A stretch of DNA of 64,000 bases, taken from assembly GCA_963705165.1 (NCBI GenBank), contig CAVPJD010000009.1, positions 83,088-147,087 on the forward strand, read 5' to 3'. A program made the translations under genes and the position numbers. Shown here one piece after another: positions 35,686-48,599 of the stretch. Every line of letters begins with the position of its first letter. Position 1 is the first letter of the stretch. The notes under the pieces were generated by a model. It saw only the letters and a program-made list of their open reading frames with translations, was not told where the DNA came from and ran no database searches. The stretch is from an uncultured delta proteobacterium (GTDB lineage Bacteria; Desulfobacterota; Syntrophia; Syntrophales; UBA2192).

Positions 35686-37545
35686 ATGCCGACCAATGCG
35701 ACGACCGCCACCGCCCGCGCCGAGGCATTCCTGCGCGATGCGGTCGAGTTTCGCCTTGGACCACTCGTGACCGAGGCCCCACACCCCCGGTCAACCGACC
35801 TGAGCCAGACCGCCAGGCAGGACGCGGCTGCTGGCCTCGGCGTCCTCTTCGACGTGGACCGTGACGTCTTCGAGACCTACGACCGCTGGTCGCGCAGCGG
35901 CGAGCCCGAAGCCCTCCGCGACCTGGTGCTCGCATCGCTGGGCAAGGGCGGCCGCCTCTTCTTCACCGGGTGCGGCGCGACGGGTCGACTCAGCATCCAG
36001 CTGGCCTCGACCTGGCGAGCGTTCTGGCAGGATCGACGCCGCAGTGGCCGGGCGACGCCATCGCCCGACGTCTGGGAGCACCGCGCCTTCAGTGTGATGG
36101 CGGGCGGCGACTACGCGCTGATCAAGTCGGTCGAGGGGTTTGAGGACTTCGCCCCCTTTGGCCGCAAGCAGCTGGCGGAACTCGGGGTGGCGGCCGACGA
36201 CGTGGTGTTTGCGATCACCGAGGGCGGCGAGACGTCCTTCGTGATTGGGACCGCCTGGCAGGGTCTCAGCGTGGGCGCGCGGGTGATCTTCGTCTACAAC
36301 AACCCGGATGCCGTGCTCCGCGCCCACGTCACGCGGAGCCGCGAGGTGATCGACGAGCCGCGGATCCGCAAGGTCAACCTCACCACCGGGCCGATGGCCG
36401 TGACGGGCTCCACGCGCATGCAGGCCACCAGCATCCAGTTGCTGGCCATGCTCACGGTGCTCGAGATGGTGCTCCGCGAGGTGTTGGTGCAGGCGGGGGT
36501 GGACGAGCCGGGGCCGTCCTCGGGCGAAGTACCCGAAGCGATGCGCGCGCGTTCGCGGCGCTGCACGAGACGTTGACGAGCGTTGCGGTGCGCGACGTGC
36601 TCGCTCGTCTGGTGCGGCGCCGAGGAGCACGTCTATCGCGCGGGTGCCGAACCTCGTACTTCGCGGACGCCCTGGCGTGGATGTCCTGACCGATACCACC
36701 GAGCGCAGCCCCACGTTCTGCACACCGTCCTTCCGCAAGTGGGACGATGACGAGGCGTCGGAGTCCTGGGCGTTCCTGTTCACGCCGGCGCCGACGACGC
36801 CCGAGGCCTGGACGCGTCTGCTCAGGCGGGCGCCCCAGACCATCCAGTGGAGCCGGAGGACCTGCGAGAACTGCTTGACGAGGAGGCCGCCGAACGTCAG
36901 GGTGCGATTCTCGGCGAGATCGGCCTGCGTGAACTGCTGCGCTTCCGAATCGGCGTGGACGGCCTGCCGTATCGGCCGGTGCGCGCGGGCGACGGCATGA
37001 CGGCGGTTGTGTGTGGAGAGGATCTAGCGCTGGTGGGAGACGGCGGCGTCTTCGCCCAGCAGCACGCTCGCGCGCGGGCCGGCGGCGCGCTGACGTCGAT
37101 GATTGCCATCGGGCGCCCGGCTGCGCTCGCGCCTCTGGTCGCCACATCCGCTGCGCGTGCCAACGACGGCAGGACCCTCGCCGTCGCGGTGGCCGAGACG
37201 GCGTTGCTGCTCGACCCGCTCGTGCGAGTCGGCGCCAAGATGATCCTCAACGCGCTCTCGACCTGCACGATGGTCCGCCTCGGGCGCGTGCTGGGCAACC
37301 GCATGATCTGGGTGGTGCCGAGCAACCTCAAGCTGATCGATCGCTCGACGCGCTACATCCGCGACCTCGCATCGGTGTCCTACGAGGAGGCCTGCCGGTC
37401 CCTGTTCGAGGTCATCGACTACGTCGAGCCGAGACGCCGTGCGGGCCGGACCTATCCCGCTCCGGTGGGCGTGGCGACGATGCGCCTGCGCCACGGGTTG
37501 AGCCTGGCGGAGGCGGAGGCGCGGCTGATTCAGGAACTCGGCTGA
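35686..37545 (+). CDS. Long SIS-domain protein of the MurQ/glucokinase-regulator (GKRP) family, frameshifted
   Basis: TEAPHP, GCGATGRLS, AGGDYALIKSVEGFED, TGSTRMQAT and KMILNALST...GNRM...SNLKLIDR motifs. Confidence 0.8.
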
Positions 37546-38918
37546 GTGCCCGGTGCCCTCTCGACCGCCAGTTGACGCCCTGGCGATCTGAGGCTGCGGG
37601 ACGCGCCGGAAGGCTCGCACGAGTTCTCTTCCACCGCGGCCCGCTGCGGATCGCCCTCCGACGCCCAGCCGGCTGGACGTTCACTTCGAAGGCGGTGGGG
37701 GGCGATCCGGTGCCACCCCTCGATGCCGGCCAGCAGGAGCAGGATGCCGGTCAGGAGGGCTCCGTACCTGGGCATGAAGACGACGACGTAGTAGACGAGG
37801 GGAAACGTTACGAGTGGAATGACCAGGGCCGCCCGCTGGGGCACTGCCAGGGCAGGCCAGGCGCGCCGCAAACCCAGCGCCGCCAGGATCGTCAGCATCG
37901 CCGACGCCGCGGCCATCGGGCCCTGCGACGCCGACCCGAACCAGAAGTGGAACGCGCGCCGCGCCGTCAGGCTGAGGAATCGCCCAGGATGCGCGCCAAT
38001 CCACGCGAGGGCTTCCTGCCGGGAGCGGCGCATGTACTCGACCTCGCCAATCTGCTGCAGCAACTTCGCCTCGGCCACGTTGGTTCGCGGGTGCCGGAGC
38101 GCCAGGCCTTCCGTCGCATCCATGACGTCGATGTCGGCCACGGCCCCCTCGTGGTTGCCCATGCGCAACTCGAGGCCGAGGTTGCTGCGGATGAAGAACA
38201 CTTCTCCAAAGACGGCGTAGTTGCGCAAGCCCCAGGGGACGCAGGCCAGCGCCACGCCCACCAGCGTCAACGCCGTCGGCGCCCACCTGCGCCGGTCTCG
38301 GCTCCACCACAGATCGAACAGGAGGCAACCGAGCAGGACCGGAACCAGTGACGGTGTCAGGTGAAACGCGGCCCCCCACGCAGCGCCCAGAACCAGGGCG
38401 CCGCGTGGCGACGGCGTTGCCCTTCGCCAGCGGCTCACATGCCACGCGAGCAACAGGCCGAGCGCGACCGCGGCGAAGTACTCGACCTGGTGCGGCCACC
38501 TCGGTACCAGGGCTCCGGCAAGTCCGCCGACGATGCCCGCCTCGCGGCCGACACCTAGACGGTGCGCCAGCCAGGGCAACATGGCGACCATCGCTGCACT
38601 GGCCGCGACCTGCACGAACCATGTGGCGTACCCGGCCGCCATCGTCAGGCCGAAGAGCGTGTACAGCAGGCCGAGCAGGGCCGGGAATGCCGGCGGCACG
38701 TGCGCGGTCGGGCCGGTGGGCACCGCGTAGGGGTCGGCGAAACGTCCGGTGGTTGCAAGCGAGACGGCGACGGCGTTGGCTTCCCACCGCGCGTGCGGCT
38801 CAATCCACTCGCGCGGGACCAATGGCAGCAACGCGGTGCCCTCGGCGAAGGCGACGAGGAAGATGACCAGCAACGCGCGCGCGGGAGCCTGGGCCAGCCA
38901 GCGCACCGCCGATGCCAT
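37530..38918 (-). CDS. Polytopic membrane protein, GT-C/GT39 glycosyltransferase-like
   Basis: GPTAHVPPAFP, PWGLRNYAVFG..FIRSNLGLEL and PRY motifs; many TM segments. Confidence 0.7.
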   Translation of the reverse strand: MASAVRWLAQAPARALLVIFLVAFAEGTALLPLVPREWIEPHARWEANAVAVSLATTGRFADPYAVPTGPTAHVPPAFPALLGLLYTLFGLTMAAGYATWFVQVAASAAMVAMLPWLAHRLGVGREAGIVGGLAGALVPRWPHQVEYFAAVALGLLLAWHVSRWRRATPSPRGALVLGAAWGAAFHLTPSLVPVLLGCLLFDLWWSRDRRRWAPTALTLVGVALACVPWGLRNYAVFGEVFFIRSNLGLELRMGNHEGAVADIDVMDATEGLALRHPRTNVAEAKLLQQIGEVEYMRRSRQEALAWIGAHPGRFLSLTARRAFHFWFGSASQGPMAAASAMLTILAALGLRRAWPALAVPQRAALVIPLVTFPLVYYVVVFMPRYGALLTGILLLLAGIEGWHRIAPHRLRSERPAGWASEGDPQRAAVEENSCEPSGASRSLRSPGRQLAVERAPGTQPSS

Positions 38919-38941
38919 GCCCGTGACCTCGCCGGCTCGAG

Positions 38942-39355
38942 TCAGGCGCCGAGCAGGGCGCCGACGCAATCCACGTCCTCCCGGTGGACGTAGAGGAGAT
39001 AGGCGTAGCCGCCGCGCCCGTCAGCAATGCCACTCGAGGAGGCGATGTTGATCCCGTGCTCGTAGAGCTGCCGGTGACACTCCACGAGCGCGCCCAGGTG
39101 GTCGTCGCCCTGCATGAGGAATGCGTGCTGCGGCGAGCTCAGCCCCCAGCCCTGCTTCTCGGCAACGGCGGCGAGGTCCTCGAGGTCGGCAGGGAACATC
39201 ACCAGCTGGGTCTTGTTCATCCCGAGCGGAATGGCGTGGAAGGCCAGCAGGTTCACGCCTCCGGCGGCCATTTGCGCGAGGAAGGGAAAGGCCTCCCCCG
39301 GGCGATCCTCGATGATGACGGAGCAATACGCGACGCGGCGGATGGTGGCGGCCAT
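38942..39355 (-). CDS. Tandem ACT-domain-like protein
   Basis: EDRPGE..L....GVNLLAF and GDDHLGAL....LYEHGINI patterns; AAGGAGG RBS. Confidence 0.7.
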   Translation of the reverse strand: MAATIRRVAYCSVIIEDRPGEAFPFLAQMAAGGVNLLAFHAIPLGMNKTQLVMFPADLEDLAAVAEKQGWGLSSPQHAFLMQGDDHLGALVECHRQLYEHGINIASSSGIADGRGGYAYLLYVHREDVDCVGALLGA

Positions 39356-39625
39356 GGGTGGCCTCCTTGTCCCGGGGGGCGGGTACGCGAAGCGGCACCA
39401 GCCTACCACCGCTGGGCGTTGGCGGGGCGGCGGCCGCAGCCGGCCGACCCAACCTGGTGTCAGCACGTTGCAGGTCGCCTTCGGCTGGCCTGCTTGGATG
39501 CACATTTCTGGATCAGGGCGGCTCGGATCCAACGCGATGCATATCCCGGACAGTACGTGCCTCACGCAGACGAGGTAAGTGACGCTTCGCCATGGCTTTC
39601 CGGCTTGGTCTTGGAATTCCCTGTT

Positions 39626-39640
39626 TGGAACGACGATTGC
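39626..39640 (+). promoter_or_regulatory. Sigma-54 (-24/-12) promoter
   Basis: TGGAAC-GACGA-TTGC, with GG-N10-GC spacing, about 65 bp upstream of the TonB receptor ATG. Confidence 0.65.
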
Positions 39641-39704
39641 CATCATTATGGGGTCAATCCAGCCGCGGTGACGTGCGGGTCACGTTGCCGGAAGGAGTGC
39701 ACAA

Positions 39705-42700
39705 ATGCGACGAGCGACGTTCGCGCTACTCGGCCTTCTACTGTTCGTGGCGGTCGATGCGGCCGCGCAGTCCACGACGGGCACCATCAGCGGCACGGTC
39801 CGCGACGCCCAACAGGCCGTGCTGCCCGGGGTGTCCGTGACGGTCCGCAACGTGGACACCGGGCTCTCGCGCACCATCATCACCGACGCGAGCGGCGTCT
39901 ACCGCTTCTCCGCCCTGCCGCTGGGGCGCTACGAGCTCGAGGCGGATCTGGCCGGGTTCGCGAAGTACTCGCGGAGCGGGCTGACCCTCGCCTTGAACCA
40001 GGAAGCGGTGATCGACATCGTGATGGGCCTGGCGACCCTGGAGGAGACCATCCAGGTGACCGCCGACTCGCCGATCCTCAACACGACCAATGCCGAGGTG
40101 GGCGTGCGGTTCGACAGCACGAAGGTCGCCGAGTTGCCGGTCGGCAACACGCGCGACATCTTCAGCCTGGCGCTGCAGGCCGCGGGGGTCAGCCAGGTCA
40201 ACTCCGGCCAGTCGAACTTCGCCAGCGGCACCAACTTCTCGGTCAACGGCATGCGGACCCGTTCGAACAACTTCATGATCGACGGGCAGGACAGCAACGA
40301 TCCGAGCGTCACCGGCCGCCAGCAGCCGCTGAACAACACCGACCTGATCCAGGAGGTCCGGCTGATCACCAACCAGTTCGCCGCCGAGTTCGGGCGCGCC
40401 GCCGGGTCGGTGATGAGCGTGGTGACCAAGAGCGGCACCAACAACTTCCGCGGCAGCGCGTTCATCTTCCGCAACGAGGATGCCCTGAATGCGCGCACGA
40501 ACCTGGACAAGGCCGCCGGCCGCACCAAGGCGCCGTTCCTCGAGGAGAACCAGTACGGCGGCACGCTGGGCGGCCCGATCATCCGCCAGCGGACCGTTCT
40601 TCTTCGGGTCGTACCAGCGCTGGACGCAGGACCAGCTCGGGGCGGGCACGACGCTCAACGGCGCGCCCACCGAGGCCGGCCGCCAAATCCTGCAGAGCGC
40701 CGTCGGAAGCCTGCCGCAGATCCAGGCACTGCTGAAGTTCCTCCCCGCGGCGCAGACCCCACTCAACCGCAACGTCGCCTTCTCCTACGGCGGCAACACC
40801 TACTCCGTCCCGATCGGCTCGCTGACAGGGTCCTCGACGATCGAGTACAGGAACCACCAGGCATCCGGCCGCGTGGATCACCAACTGGGCGGCGCCGGCC
40901 GCACATCCTCTCCGCGCGCTACCTGTTCAACGACACGACGCAGTCCGGTGCCGGCCAGGTGACGCCTCCCGGCGTGACGACCGTGGCCCCGTCGCGATCG
41001 CAGTCCTTCGCGACCTGGTGGACCGGCATCCTCAGCAACACGCTGGTGAACGAGTTCCGCGTCGCCTACTCACGCGCCACCAGGAGACCACCGCCGCGGA
41101 CACTGTCGTCGCAGGAGATTCCGTCCATCGAGATCAACGAGCTCGGGCTGCTTGGGTTCAACGCCGCCGCCACCCGCACGGCCATCGGCCTGGCGCTGAA
41201 CCTGCCGCAGTGGCGCAAGAACGGCCTGCGGCAGATCCAGAACAACCTCTCCTGGACGGCCGGCAACCACTCGACGAAGTTCGGCGTGGACTACCGGTCG
41301 ACCGACATCGACAGCTTCTTCAACCCGACCCTGCGCGGCCGGCTGCAGTACACGACCCTCCAGCGCTACGTGGACGACGTGGCGAACGTCGCGCAGATCA
41401 ACAAGCCGCTGCCCGGCGGGTCGCGAGGTGGTCAACTACAACTGGGGCGACGTCTACTTCTTCGGGCAGGACGAGTGGCGCATGTCGCCGGGCTTCACCC
41501 TCAGCTACGGCCTGCGCTACGAGCTGCCCGGCAACTTCACCGACTCGCTCGTCGAGCTGAACGATCGGATCGTCGCGACGGCAGGCGGCGACGAACGCTT
41601 CCGGCTGAAGCCCGTGCCCCCGCGCGACACCAACAACTGTGCAGCCGCGGCTCGGCTTCAACTGGAACCCGAAGACGCGACACCGGCGGCATCATGGGGA
41701 CGCTGACCGGCGGGGACAAGCTGGTGGTGCGCGGCGGCTACGCCATGACGCACGACTACGCGTTCCTCAACATCGCGCTGAACATCGCCAGCGCGTTCCC
41801 GCAGGTCGCCGTCCTCGAGGTGCCGACGGTGCAGACGCCCCCGGCGGGCCCGGCCGGCCCAACGGCCTTCGTCCGCTCCCAACCTGACGCTGACCGGCGA
41901 CCCCGACCTCGTCACGCGGACCGTCGTGGCCGACGACTTCCGGTCGCCGTCGGCGCACCAGTTCAGCTTCGAGGTGCAGCGGCGATGGCGGCCAACCTCG
42001 CGCTGCGCATCGGCTACGTGGGCACGCTGGGACGCGGCCTGTTCCAGACGCTCGACGGCAACCCGCGGCAGCCCTACTCGGCCACGCCGCGTCGACCCGA
42101 CGCGTGGCGTGATCCGCCTGCGCGCCAACGCCGCCAGTCCTGGTACAACTCGTTGCAGACCAGCCTCGAGCGGCGGTTCAGCAACGGGTTCAGCGCCGGC
42201 GTCGCACTACACGTGGAGCCAGTACCTCGACACGGCCTCGGAGATCTTCAACGTCTCCAGCGGCGAGGTCGCCGTGGCGCAGGACTCCTTCGACATCGCG
42301 GCGGACAAGGGCCTCTCTTCCTACGACCGGCCGCACCGGTTCACCGGCAACGTCGTCTGGGAGCTGCCGTTCTATCGCGACCAGGCGGGGTTCGCCGGGA
42401 AGGTCCTCGGCGGCTGGCAGCTGAGCACGAACTTCACCCTGCAGAGCGGATCGCCGTTCACCGTGCTGAACGGCGCCGACCCGACGGGAGCACTGACCGG
42501 CATCGACGGCCTGGTGGGCAACGCCATCCGGCCCAACATCAACACCGACCGAGGACCTCTCGAAGATGACGGTTGCCGAAATCCTCGCGGCCGGGCGGCG
42601 CCACGCTCTTCACGCCGCTGTGCGGGTTCCAGAGCGCGACGTGCGCCGGAGAGCGCGTCGGCAACGTGGGCCGCAACACGCTGCGCGCCGACGGCTACGG

Positions 42701-42923
42701 CAACATCGACCTCGGGTTCATCAAGAACACGCGGTTCTTCGGTCGGCAGAACATCCAGTTCCGCCTCGAGGCGTTCAACCTGACCAACACGCGGAACTTC
42801 GGCGTGCCCAACAGCCAGATCAACTCGGTCAACTTCCTCAACCAGTGGGGCACCGACGGCGGCGGGCGCAAGATCTGGGTAGCGATTCGGTACACCTTCG
42901 ATGCCGAACGCGTGAGCCGATGA
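39705..42923 (+). CDS. TonB-dependent receptor, Oar-like with N-terminal carboxypeptidase-regulatory-like domain, multiply frameshifted
   Basis: Signal peptide; GTISGTVRD...LPGVSVT, NNFMIDGQD, AEFGRAAG...TKSGTN, YFFGQDEW...GLRYE and FRLEAFNLTN...IRYTF. Confidence 0.92.
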
Positions 42924-42927
42924 CGAC

Positions 42928-42952
42928 GGGGCCTGGGCGACTCCCAGGCCCC
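42928..42952 (+). terminator. GC-rich hairpin after the TonB receptor
   Basis: GGGGCCTGGG-CGACT-CCCAGGCCCC, no U tract. Confidence 0.4.
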
Positions 42953-43308
42953 GGACGTTGTGCCGGTCGAGCGCGAGGCGGCCGTCCAACCAGCCCTGGG
43001 ACGGTCACGACCTCCACATCGGCCGGCGAGAAGACTACCAGGGCGGCCAACGTCGACCCCGCGCCTTCAACGGCAAGGCCGCGGTCGTGAGAACCTCGCA
43101 GGGGCGCGCGCCCGTGAGCGGGATTCCGGCAATCCTGTGACGGCTTTCCTGCCGCGGTGGGGGGCCAACCTCCGCAGGACATCCAAAAGCGATGCAATCG
43201 GTCCGCCTCGCGGCTGGCATGTGACGTGCGTCTTCGTGGGCGTCCGTCGGTGCCGCCGCGGATGAAGCGTGCCGCAAGGCGGTCCAGACGGCTTGCCCGG
43301 GAGCCCCC

Positions 43309-46300
43309 ATGGGATCCAGCACTGGCCGGTGGCGTGTGCCCCTGCGGCACGCGGCGTCATTGCTCGTCACCTTCCTCGTTCTTGTCGGCACAGCCCGCCC
43401 CTCCGCGGCATTCGATTGGTGCACGATCGAGGTCGACTACCAAGGCATCAGCACGGTGCATGTCAGCTACCAGACGATCGGCGGGCTGCCGGTCGGCGCC
43501 CGTCTCGAGGTGCGGCGCGGCGACTCTACCACCAAGCTCAAGGACCTGGCCGGCGCGGCCAGCACCTTCCAGGACCGCCTGGCGCTGCCGCTCACGGCGC
43601 AGCGCTACATGGTTGTCGCCGACCGCCTGGTCAACGGGACGCTCACCCGCGACGAAGGCTGCGCCGTGGAGATCACGCTCACCAACGAGGTCTCGGGCAT
43701 CCCCACCGGAGACGATGCGATCGAGGGTGAGAAGCACGGCTCTCGCTCGTACGACTCGGCCAACTCATCCTGAACCCCGGCATCACCATCGCCATCACCC
43801 AGTCGACGGTCGAGAGCCTCATTGTCCACGGCCCTGGTGCGACGGGCATCCTGGTGGGCGGGATGACCTGGACCCGCAGGCCAGCCTCACCGTGTCGGAC
43901 TCGGTAGTGGAATACGCGAGCGTCTCCTACGCCGCCCCCGTGTTCAACCGGGTGCGCTTCCGCGGCAGGGTCGACATCGCCGCAGGAGCGCCGATCTTCA
44001 GGAAGTGCCAGTTCCCGGGCATCGCCGTGGCGTTGGATGGCCGGACGGGCGCCGTGTTCACCGAGAACGTCTTCGGCGCCGGTATCTACGTGAGCGGTTC
44101 GACGTGGCCTGGCTTCCCCGCGGACCTCGCCAGCAGTTGGTGGCAGATGAGCGCCCCGAACCCCGTGATCGAGGGCAACAGCTTCGTCGGCAAGGCGGCG
44201 CTGGGGTACCCGGTACGGCGACCCGCCGCCACCAATGCCGATCGTCGTTGGCGCGAACTACTACGGCGACATCGGCGGGCCCGTAACCGGCGGCTCGGCC
44301 TTTCTCGAAGGGCGCGGCGCTGTCGTCACGCTCGACGCCGACTGCGGCGGCGGCTGTCAGCCGAAGCGGGTGTTCGACCTCACCACACCGATGACGTCGG
44401 GCTTGCCGCGTGACGACCCGGGCATCTTCCCCTGGTTCTGGTTCCGCTCCGTGGTCGGACAGAACGCGATGGACCTCGTCGCCGGCCATGGCCCGATGAT
44501 GCAGGGTCGCGAAACGCTCTACAGCGCCGACATCCGTACCGCCGACACCGAGGTCACGGGCGTGGACGTCTACGTCAAGCTCGACGGCAAGGTGATCAAG
44601 CCGACCAACGAGAAGTTGGCGATTCGCCGAGACAGCGCGGCCTTCGGCGACGCGGCGTTCCGCCGGGCCACCATCACGCACAACTTCATCCTGCCGCCCG
44701 TGACCGCCGACACGGCGACGCTCGAGCTCTGGCTCGACGCGTCGAAGGTCACGGGGTTCACCGCACCCACGCCGCCGCCTCAACTGTTCGAGCAACGGAC
44801 GCTGACCTTCAGCAAGCCCCTCGCCCGCCCCTACCGGATCTGCATCCGCCCTGCCCGCGTCGTCACGTGGTGGAGCAAGGGCACGTGGCCGGACATCTCG
44901 AGGACCATCCAGGCCGTCAGGCGCCTGATGCCGGCGATGCTTCCCGTCAGGTCGGAGGATCTCGTCCTGATCAGTTGCCCGGTCATCGACTTCGATCCCG
45001 GCCTGCTCGATCAGAAGCTGTTGGTCACGACGTTGCTGGGTCGCCTGGCCGACGAGACCTACGTCGACAACGCGCTGGATTGGCTGATGGGGCGCAACAG
45101 CGTCGACCTGACGGTGGTCGTGGTCGAGGACGGGCTGCTGGGAGCGGGCACCGACGCGGCGAGCATGCCCCTGCGACGCCAGACGGTCATTGTCGATGAG
45201 GCCAGGCCCGACGCGCTGATCCACGAACTGGGCCACGCGGCAGGACTGAACACGGGATTCGGGCAGGAGCAGTACGACCTGTTTCCAGATTTCGGATCAC
45301 CGCTGGAGGGCATCACCATCTTCTCGCCCGACGGCCTGCCTGCCCCGAATCCCTTCAGCAGCGGCGACGCGGGCCGTATCCAGCACCACGTCAACCGGTA
45401 CAACCGCACCTACGACGAGGACGATCTGGCCTACGACGTGATGGGCGACGGGACCAACGCGTCGTGGCCGCTGCCGGCCACAGCCAGAGCCATCGGCGGA
45501 CTCATCGCCTCGACGACCGGGACCGTCGGCGCCCCGGTGCAGGAGGCCTCGATAGCCTCGGCGGCGCTGACGCCAGGCATGAAGCGCGTTCTCGTCACGT
45601 CGACGACCGAGAAGGTCATCGGCCAGGGCCCGTTCGGTACAACCTCCGACTTCAGGCTCCTGCCGGGCACGACGCGGGCGTTCGAACTCGGGCCCGACGT
45701 GGTGCGCGCGCTGCCGCCGGTGCCGCTGAACGTCAGCCACCCGACACAGAACGTCGGCGACCCGACCGACTTCGACGCCCTCGACGCCAACGCCTCGGTG
45801 GTGGCATCCGTGCACTTCGGGGTCGTGAACCGCGTGCAGGAACAGGGCCATCAGGACCGCGGCTTCTGGGCGGCGACCTTCGATGTCCCCGAGAGCGCGG
45901 TGTTCTACCGCCTGAGGCGTCAAGCCGATGGCGTGTTCCCGATTGCGGTCTACGACGCGTCGCTTGCGACACGCCTCACGGCACCACTCGGCGGCGACAC
46001 GATTGGCGCGTCGCTGCGCGTGGCGTGGGTCGATACGTGGGACTACCGCGGCCTCACCCCTGCGCCTTCGTTCGTGCAACCGCTCCAGCACCGCCTCCAC
46101 TACAGCATCGACGGCGTCGCGTGGGTGCCGCTCACGGCGAGCGTCACTGGCACGGAGACGACCTTCGGCACCTCGATGCTGCCCGGAGGCGCCACCATCA
46201 GCCTTCGACTCACGGTGAGCGACGGACTCCGCAGCGCGACCGCGCGCGTCGACAACCTAGTCGTCCAACGTCGCCCTCCCGGGGTTTCGATTGTCCTTCC

Positions 46301-48440
46301 CCACGCGGGTGCACAGGGCACGCCGGATTCCCTCTGGCGGCTCGACGCGCTCGTCTGGGATGACGATGGCACTGCCGTCACGACGACCTGGTCTTCGGAT
46401 CGCGATGGCGAGCTGGGGACGTCGCCAGTCCTGATTGGCATCGCCCTCACGGCCGGAGCCCACAAGCTGACCTGCCGCGCGACCGACGGCAACGGCCAGG
46501 TCACCGAGGCGGGGGTGGACGTGACTGTGGGAACCCTCCCGTCGCTCGACGTAGCCGTGACCGCTGACGCACTCACGGTGAAGCACGCCGCGTCGGGGCC
46601 GGTGACCTCACCGGCATCACGCGACCTCTCGCGCAACCACGACTACCTCGCGGCAGTGCGCATCCCGGTTCCGGGCGCCTCCACGACAGCGACCGTGCGG
46701 TTGTTCCTCACCTCGCCCGGGGCCGCGGAGCAGCTCCTCGTCGAGCAGACGCGCACCGCCGATGCCTTTCAGGATCTCGTCGTGTCCCACCGCTTCACAA
46801 CCGCGGGCGACGGCGAGTACGTGTTCCGCGCCGTCCTAAGTGGCGCCACGCCGAACGCCGATCCATCCAACGACCAACGCACGTGGCGCTTCTCGGTGGC
46901 GACGTTCACGCCGTCGGCCGGCGACGGCGATGGCGACACCCTGCCCGACGCGTGGGAGACCCGGTTCGGTCTCGATGCGGTAGCGCCGTACGGAGACAGC
47001 GGCGCGTACGGCGATCCCGACAAGGACGGGATCACCAACAGCGAGGAGTCCCAGCGCGGCACGCACCCGCGCGGCTTCTACACGCGCTATTTCGCTGAAG
47101 GCGCCACCTCCGACTTCTTCGACACGGAATTGGCTCTCGTCAATCCCAATGACGACACCGCGCTGGTGAATCTGCGGTTCCAGCAACCCGGAGGCGCTAC
47201 CACGGCCCATGCGGTGAGCCTGCCTCCACGCTCGCGTCGCACGGTGGACCCAAAGGTGGACGCCGGGCTGAGGGATGCCGAGTTCTCCACGGTGGTCGAG
47301 TCGGATCAGGCCGTCATCGTCGACCGCACGATGACCTGGAGCAGCGCGCAGCGTTACGGAAGTCACTCGGAAACCAGCGTCGCGTCCGCGTCACTCACTT
47401 GGTACCTGGCCGAAGGCGCCACCCACTCCGGCTTCGACCTGTTCTACCTCCTGCAGAACCCGGGAGCGGAGGCCGCACACGTTCGGGTGCGCTACTTGCT
47501 GCCCGCCGGGGCGCCGCTCACGAAGGACTACGTGGTGCCGCCCGGCAGCCGCTTCAACATCTGGGTGAACCATGAGGAGTTCCCCGAGGGGTCGGGGCAC
47601 GGCTGCTCCTGTCCACCGACGTCTCGGCGGTCGTTGAGGTGACCAACGGGATTCCGGTCATCGTCGAGCGTGCGATGTACCTGAGCCGGACCAACCGCCT
47701 CTTCAGCGCGGGCCACGAGAGCGCCGGGATCACGGCGCCGTCCACCTCGTGGTTCCTTGCCGAGGGAGCCACCGGGAGCTTTTTCGATTTCTTCATCCTG
47801 CTGGCGAACCCGTCGGAGCGCGAAGCCGAGGTGGAAGCGCGCTACTTGCTCGAGGATGGCTCGACGGTCGTGCGTCCGTACACGGTCGCGCCCAACAGCC
47901 GGTTCAACATCTGGGTGGACTACGAGGATCAGCGACTGGCGGCGGTGTCGGCATCGACCGTGCTCAGGGTCACCAACGGCGTGCCGATCATCGTCGAACG
48001 CGCCATGTGGTGGCCGTTGGACGCGGGGCACTGGTACGAAGCCCACAACTCTGCCGGGGTCACCAGCGCCGGGGTGGCGTGGGGGATCGCCGGCGGCGCC
48101 GTCGGCGGTTCCGAGTCTGCGGCCACCTACGTGCTCGTCGCGAACACGGGCGATCTCGGACGGACTCGTCAAGGTGTCGGTGCTCGGGGAGGCGGGCGAA
48201 CTCGCCCACCTGGTGTTGCCCGTGGCGAGCCACTCGCGGACGACGATCGACATCGGGGGAACGCCGGCGTTGGCCGCCGCCCTTGAGCCGACTCGCGCCT
48301 CTCAGGCGCGCTTCGGCGTCATCGTCGAGAGCCTCGGAGCCAATCCCGCGCCCATCGTCGTCGAGCGTGCGACGTATTCCGACAGTGCAGGGGTGAGGTG
48401 GGCGGCCGGCACGGACGCGCTGGCCACGAAGATCCGCTGA
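43309..48440 (+). CDS. Large secreted multidomain protein: HEXXH zincin-like motif, Ig-like domains, Asp-rich Ca-binding-like motif and C-terminal AEGAT repeats; frameshifted
   Basis: Signal peptide at 43309; IHELGHAAGL at ~45220; DGDGDTLPDAWE...DPDKDG; three (Y/W)xAEGAT...NP repeats; pieces lie in consecutive overlapping frames. Confidence 0.7.
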
Positions 48441-48599
48441 GCCGCAGGCCCCGAGCGGCCGACCCGGGGAACCCCGAGAGCGCCGGGCACCACCCTGCCT
48501 GGACGACTGTCTCGCAGCGACGGCGCAGCACTACCTGGATCGCTTCGGGCAGCGGATGCTGTAAGGTAGAGCGAGCGGCGACTCAATGGAGGTTCTTCA

